Of a stretch of 64,000 nucleotides of DNA, positions 59,158 through 64,000 are shown one piece after another (within the stretch, counting starts at the first letter, position 1; each line of letters starts with the position of its first letter). The stretch is taken from the NCBI RefSeq assembly GCF_009914755.1, contig NC_060925.1. The stretch is one strand, 5' to 3'. Made by a program: the position numbers and the translations under genes. A model generated the notes under the pieces. That model saw only the letters and a program-made list of their open reading frames with translations. It was not told the DNA's origin and searched no databases. This DNA is from the human T2T-CHM13v2.0 reference genome, Homo sapiens.

Positions 59158-60180
59158 AGAGTGTTCACTTTTCTCTACATTCTCACTATCGCTAGATATT
59201 TTTCATCTTTTTGACAATAGACTGTCTAAGAGGTGTGAGGTAACATATCATTGTAGTTTTAATTTGTATTTTAATTAAATAATTTTAATTTAATAATTTT
59301 AATTTGATGATTAATAATGTCTCATGATCATTTTATCAAATACCTGTTGGTCATCTGGTTGTCTTCCTTTGAGAAATGTCTATTCAAGTTATTTGCCCAT
59401 ATTATTATTGAACTATTTGTTCAATTGCTATTGAATTGAATTCCTTATATATTTTCAATACTAGCCTCTTATCACATCTTTGGTTTGCAAATATTTTATC
59501 CAAATTTGTAGGTAGACTACTCACTCTGTTTCTTCTTTCCTTTGCTGTGCAAAAACATTTAGTTTGATGCAATCCCCTTTATGTATTTTTGTATTTGTTG
59601 CCTGTGTTTTGGCATAATTTCCAAAAAGTAATTGCCCAGATCAATGTTGCGGAGGCTTTCCTCTAAGTTTTCTTCTAGTAGTTTTAAAATTTCAATTGTT
59701 ATGTACAAGTTTTTAATCCATTTTGAGTTGATTCCCATAGATGGTGTGATAAAAGGTTCTAATTTTATTCTGCTGCATGTGGATACCTAGTTTTACCAAT
59801 ATCATTAGTGAAGACACTGTCCTTTCCCCATTATATGTTCTTGGCACCTTTGTGAAAAATCAATTGACTGTATATTTGTAGGTTTCTTTCTGGATTTTCA
59901 TTGCCTTTCCATTGGCCACTGCTTCTGTTTTTATGCCATTATCATGATGCTTTGATTACTATAGCTTTGCAGTATATTTTGAAGTCAGGTAGTGTGACGG
60001 CTACAGGGGTATTCTTTTTGCTCAATAGTTTTGACTAGTGTCTTTTATGGTTCCATATTAATTTTAGGATTAAGTTTTTCTAGTCCCGTGAGAAATGTTC
60101 TAAGAATTTTGATAAGGATTGCATTGAATCTATAAATCATGTTGAGTAGTATGGATATTGTTAAATTTAACGATATCAAT
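59158..60180 (-). mobile_element. L1M (L1MA-like) ORF2 3' fragment without a 3'UTR
   Basis: 'ccttttccccatt'-type ORF2 antisense sequence, e.g. 'tttgagaaatgtctattcaag', 'ttttgaagtcaggtagtgtga', 'gattgcattgaatctata'. Confidence 0.92.
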
Positions 60181-60547
60181 TATTTTAATCCAGGGGCATC
60201 TGGCATAGGGGGCACAGCTCCTGAAGACATTCAGAGAGTCTCCGACCCCTATCACATCTCCACCTTGGAATATGAGGTCTGTACAACCAGTACTATTACC
60301 CCATGTCCGACATTCACGGTGACATAAGCTTCAGGGGCTTCCTCATAACCTCATCAATGTTAAAATGGCACAGGATGAAAACTTAGCTGCTTGAAAAATA
60401 GCTACTGGTTTTTCACAGTGAATACGAGCATTTTAGAGTAGTCTTTAGCTTCAGAAACCACTTCTCCAGGGCACAGTGGGAAGAGGTGAAAGACTGCAGG
60501 CCTGACAGGCTAAGAGAGGACACAACAGTAATCCAGACCTCACAGAC

Positions 60548-60775
60548 ATTAAGAATTCATTGAACCTGCAAGGCTGGAAGGGACCTCAGACGTCCTTCAT
60601 TCTGTTGCCTTGCATTCTGCCTGCATTGCCTCTGCAACCTGTTGAACCAAGCTCAAAGCGAGTGACCATTTCCATGGGTGGATACCTCACTGATACAGAT
60701 GCTCCACTAACACAGATATTTCACTGTATCCTGCAATGAACCATCCTGTCAGAAAGTCCTTCTTTGCTTACTGAG
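60548..60775 (-). mobile_element. L3/CR1 (or MIR3-tail) relic
   Basis: 'aggctggaagggacctcagacgtc' and 'cctgtcagaaagtccttc' resemble the antisense CR1 3' end. Confidence 0.5.
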
Positions 60776-61532
60776 GGTGTTTACTGACTGCTGAGATAGT
60801 ACACATCAGCTGGGTGATTATAGACAGAAACAGCAGCTTTGTGATGCTCAGGTTACAACCCCATATAGTTCCAGAAAGGTTCTGACTGTCACAAGATCAA
60901 GACATGCATAAGCTGGAAATAAATAAGAAAGTGCCTCTGTAACAAGAGGTGACTGCAGGTCTGTGTTAATGTACTTTCCCTTCAGCAATTGTTATTTAGT
61001 GGCTTATACCCTAGGTGTGCAGAAAAGATTGTGCCTGAACCATGTGACTACCATATTACCTTGTCATAATTCCCCTCTCTTCTAATCGTTTCTAAGGCAA
61101 TTTCAGTTCAGTTCAGGAATTACACTAAAACAGACAGTTGTAAAGAACAGATAATAGTAAAACAATTTGAGAGTATATATTTTCATCTAAATTCTTTTTT
61201 ATCACACAAGTTTAAATAAATGGACAAAAGTAACAAATGTTAAACAAATAGTTCACAGACAAAGCTCTGTAGTAATATCAACAAAAAATCTAAATAAAAT
61301 ATTAGAGAATAAATTCCAGGACCTCATTTAAAGAATATTGACTAACAGGGGTATATTCTAAGATAGCAGAATGTTTGTAAACATTACATATCTAAGACAT
61401 TAAATATCCCCAAGACATTAAATAGCTGAGAAGAAAATTAGAATGATATCCTCCCTGGCCACTGAATATAATATGTTAAAATTCAACAATAATTATTGGT
61501 CTAAAAAACACTGAATAAAATTAAAATAGATA

Positions 61533-61786
<254 letters not shown>

Positions 61787-61810
61787 AAATAAAGTAGATA
61801 ATTCCTTAAT

Positions 61811-61845
<35 letters not shown>

Positions 61846-61900
61846 ACATATATATGTATATATGTGTGTGTATATGTGTATATATATACACACACACATA
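61811..61900. repeat. Compound (TA)/(TG)/(CA) microsatellite
   Basis: Read directly from the sequence. Confidence 0.93.
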
Positions 61901-61906
61901 TTTATA

Positions 61907-62632
61907 CCAATGATCTTCATTATTTGCAAATTCTACATTTGTGATTTTGCTTGCTGGATAGAATGGATAGAATATATTTCTAACTCCAAAACTAATAATG
62001 GCAGCCTTTTGTCAGTCATTCAAAGAACATCCACAGCAGAGCAAAAACACTTTGAGTTTTTGATGTCAACATTCCCAGTTGAGGCCTAACAAGGCATTTC
62101 TCTGTCTTTTTGCTTCAGCTCTTATACAGGGGGTGAGACAGGTGGAGGAGCAGTAGTATTAGTTTGCTGCAGAAGTAATTGTGGTTCGTGCAAAAGTAAA
62201 ACAATTAAAAGTAATGGCAAAAACTGTGATTACTTTTGCACCAACCTAACAGCCTCTTGGACTATGCTACACTGCCTCCTACTGTCTATATTTGTATGAG
62301 CAGAGACAGTAGGAGGCAGTGTAGTGTAGCGTAGCCCAAGAAGCTATTACTGCTCTGGAGCCAATTGCACAGGGTTTGAATCCTAAAGTGGGTACACTTA
62401 GGGGCATGGTCTTAAGCAAGTCACTTAACACTTCTGAACCTCATTTTCTCTTTTAAAAAATAAAGCAAATATAATTTACCTGGAAGAATTGTTTTAGGGT
62501 TCAAGATTATAATCTATGTGAGATGTGTATGTACACATACATATGCACAAATTATACTAGGAACAATGGTTCAGTATTTGCTAAATCTCTATTTGTGAAG
62601 TTTATAGGACATAACATAATAAGAATCAATTG
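61907..62632 (+). mobile_element. Non-autonomous Tigger (MER82-like) containing MIR-derived sequence
   Basis: TA-flanked TIRs 'ccaatgatcttcattatt' and 'ataataagaatcaattg'. 'ttcccagttgaggcctaacaaggc' and 'aatggttcagtatttgctaa'. MIR-like segment at about 62310-62520. Confidence 0.75.
62159..62249. mobile_element. MADE1 (Hsmar1-derived MITE)
   Basis: 'ttagtttgctgcagaagtaattgtgg...aaagtaatggcaaaaactgtgattacttttgcaccaacctaa'. TA/CA target duplication. Confidence 0.92.
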
Positions 62633-62663
62633 TACATAACACACACACATTTTGTGAAAAGAA

Positions 62664-62710
62664 ATCTATCTGTCTGTCTGTCTCTCTGACTAACTGTCTA
62701 TCTATCTATG
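62664..62710. repeat. (TCTA)/(TCTG) degenerate tetranucleotide repeat
   Basis: Read directly from the sequence. Confidence 0.8.
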
Positions 62711-64000
62711 TTTCAACCCAAAAATCATATAGATGACATGGGCTAATACTGGAAGCTTTATTGCTAAGTCAAGAACATGGAAGTATTATAATCACCATTA
62801 TTATCCAACACAGTACTAGATGTTTTTACCAATTTAATTCGTCAAAAGAGAAATTAGAAGTGTAAACACTAAAAAGGAGGCATCAAAAATATCAATATTT
62901 GTGAATAATATGATTTAAACTTGGCAATTTCACTAAACTGAAAAACTTATACAAACAATCAAAGAATTCAGTAAGGTAGTGGGGTGTGAAATTAAAACAC
63001 AGAAATCAATAACCTTCATGTATAGACACAAAGACCCATAGAAGACATAATGTGAGAGACAACTTATTTATAATATAAATAACAATAATAAGAACAAAAA
63101 GCATGAAAATAATGAAAAATGAAAAACATACATTTGAGGAAAAATTTAAAACATTTTTAACAATCACAAAAGCAGAATGAGACAAATGAAAATAATAGAA
63201 AAAGTTAGAAACAGCCTCTTAAAGCTGTCATGAACAGGATATATGGAAAAATACACAGGTATGAATATCCAGGAAAATTTTGGAAACAAGGTCAACAAGG
63301 GACATTAAGTCCATTAGAACAAACAATAATTTAAGTACTCAATAATTTAAAAAATGGGTTAATAGCATCTGGATAAACAGACAAATAGAGTAAACTAATT
63401 TTTCAGAAATAGACCCAAATATGTAGAGAAATTTGCTATATCATAAAGGTAGCATTTCAAATAAATCAGGTATAATGGAATTTTAAATAAAAGGTATTTT
63501 TTGCAGTAATTTGGGAAAATACAACAAGGTAGTAATTTAGGAAATAAAGGAGTTGGGTCAATAACTCATCTCACACTAAGAAACGCAAATGGTTTAACAT
63601 ATATATACACACACATACAAATCATACATGTTTGTATATATTTGTATATGTAAATGTGTATATGTATACATATAAATATATGTGTGTATGTGTGTATATT
63701 CAATAATAGTGTAAAAGACAAGGCCATGTCACTTATGACCATGTACTGGAAAAGAGCACTCTAACTATGCTTCAAAATGTAAAAATCATAAAAGAAAATA
63801 TTGATTTTTACTTTATAGAAATAAAAATATATGTTTATCCCCAATTAATGTATTCAAAAGCAAAAGGCATAACAAACTGAATAAAAGCAGTTCGTACTAC
63901 AGATAAAAAGCCTAGCATATCTAATTTATAAAAATCTCTATATTTTAATAGGAAAGAGACCAACCCAACAGAAAATAGGCAACACATATGAACAGGCAGT

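Overview
This is AT-rich, CpG-depleted simian-primate (human-like) non-coding DNA, either a gene desert or a deep intron. I found no supportable protein-coding gene, RNA gene or CRISPR array. The ORFs I could assign are decayed L1 ORF2, Alu or LTR read-through, and the rest look like chance ORFs. The window is a layered fossil record of transposons. It contains six AluS copies and one FLAM, a ~5 kb old primate L1, a twin-primed 5'-inverted L1PA with a 19-bp TSD, and L1M, L2, MIR and CR1 relics. It also holds many MaLR/ERVL solo LTRs, a full-length THE1D provirus whose 5' LTR is split by a PABL-like ERV1 LTR, and DNA transposons (MER6, MER20, MER94-like, MER82-like, MADE1). I do not see a new biological system. 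The most unusual items are (i) a ~2.2-kb foreign block, carrying an apparently older CR1 relic, that splits a collinear L1M; (ii) a hairpin-in-hairpin composite of Tigger, MIR, an inverted duplication and MADE1; (iii) consensus DUX4 motifs in the MLT2A and THE1D LTRs; and (iv) several template-switch or duplication scars. Subfamily names come from remembered consensus sequences and need RepeatMasker/Dfam confirmation. Boundaries of old elements are approximate.
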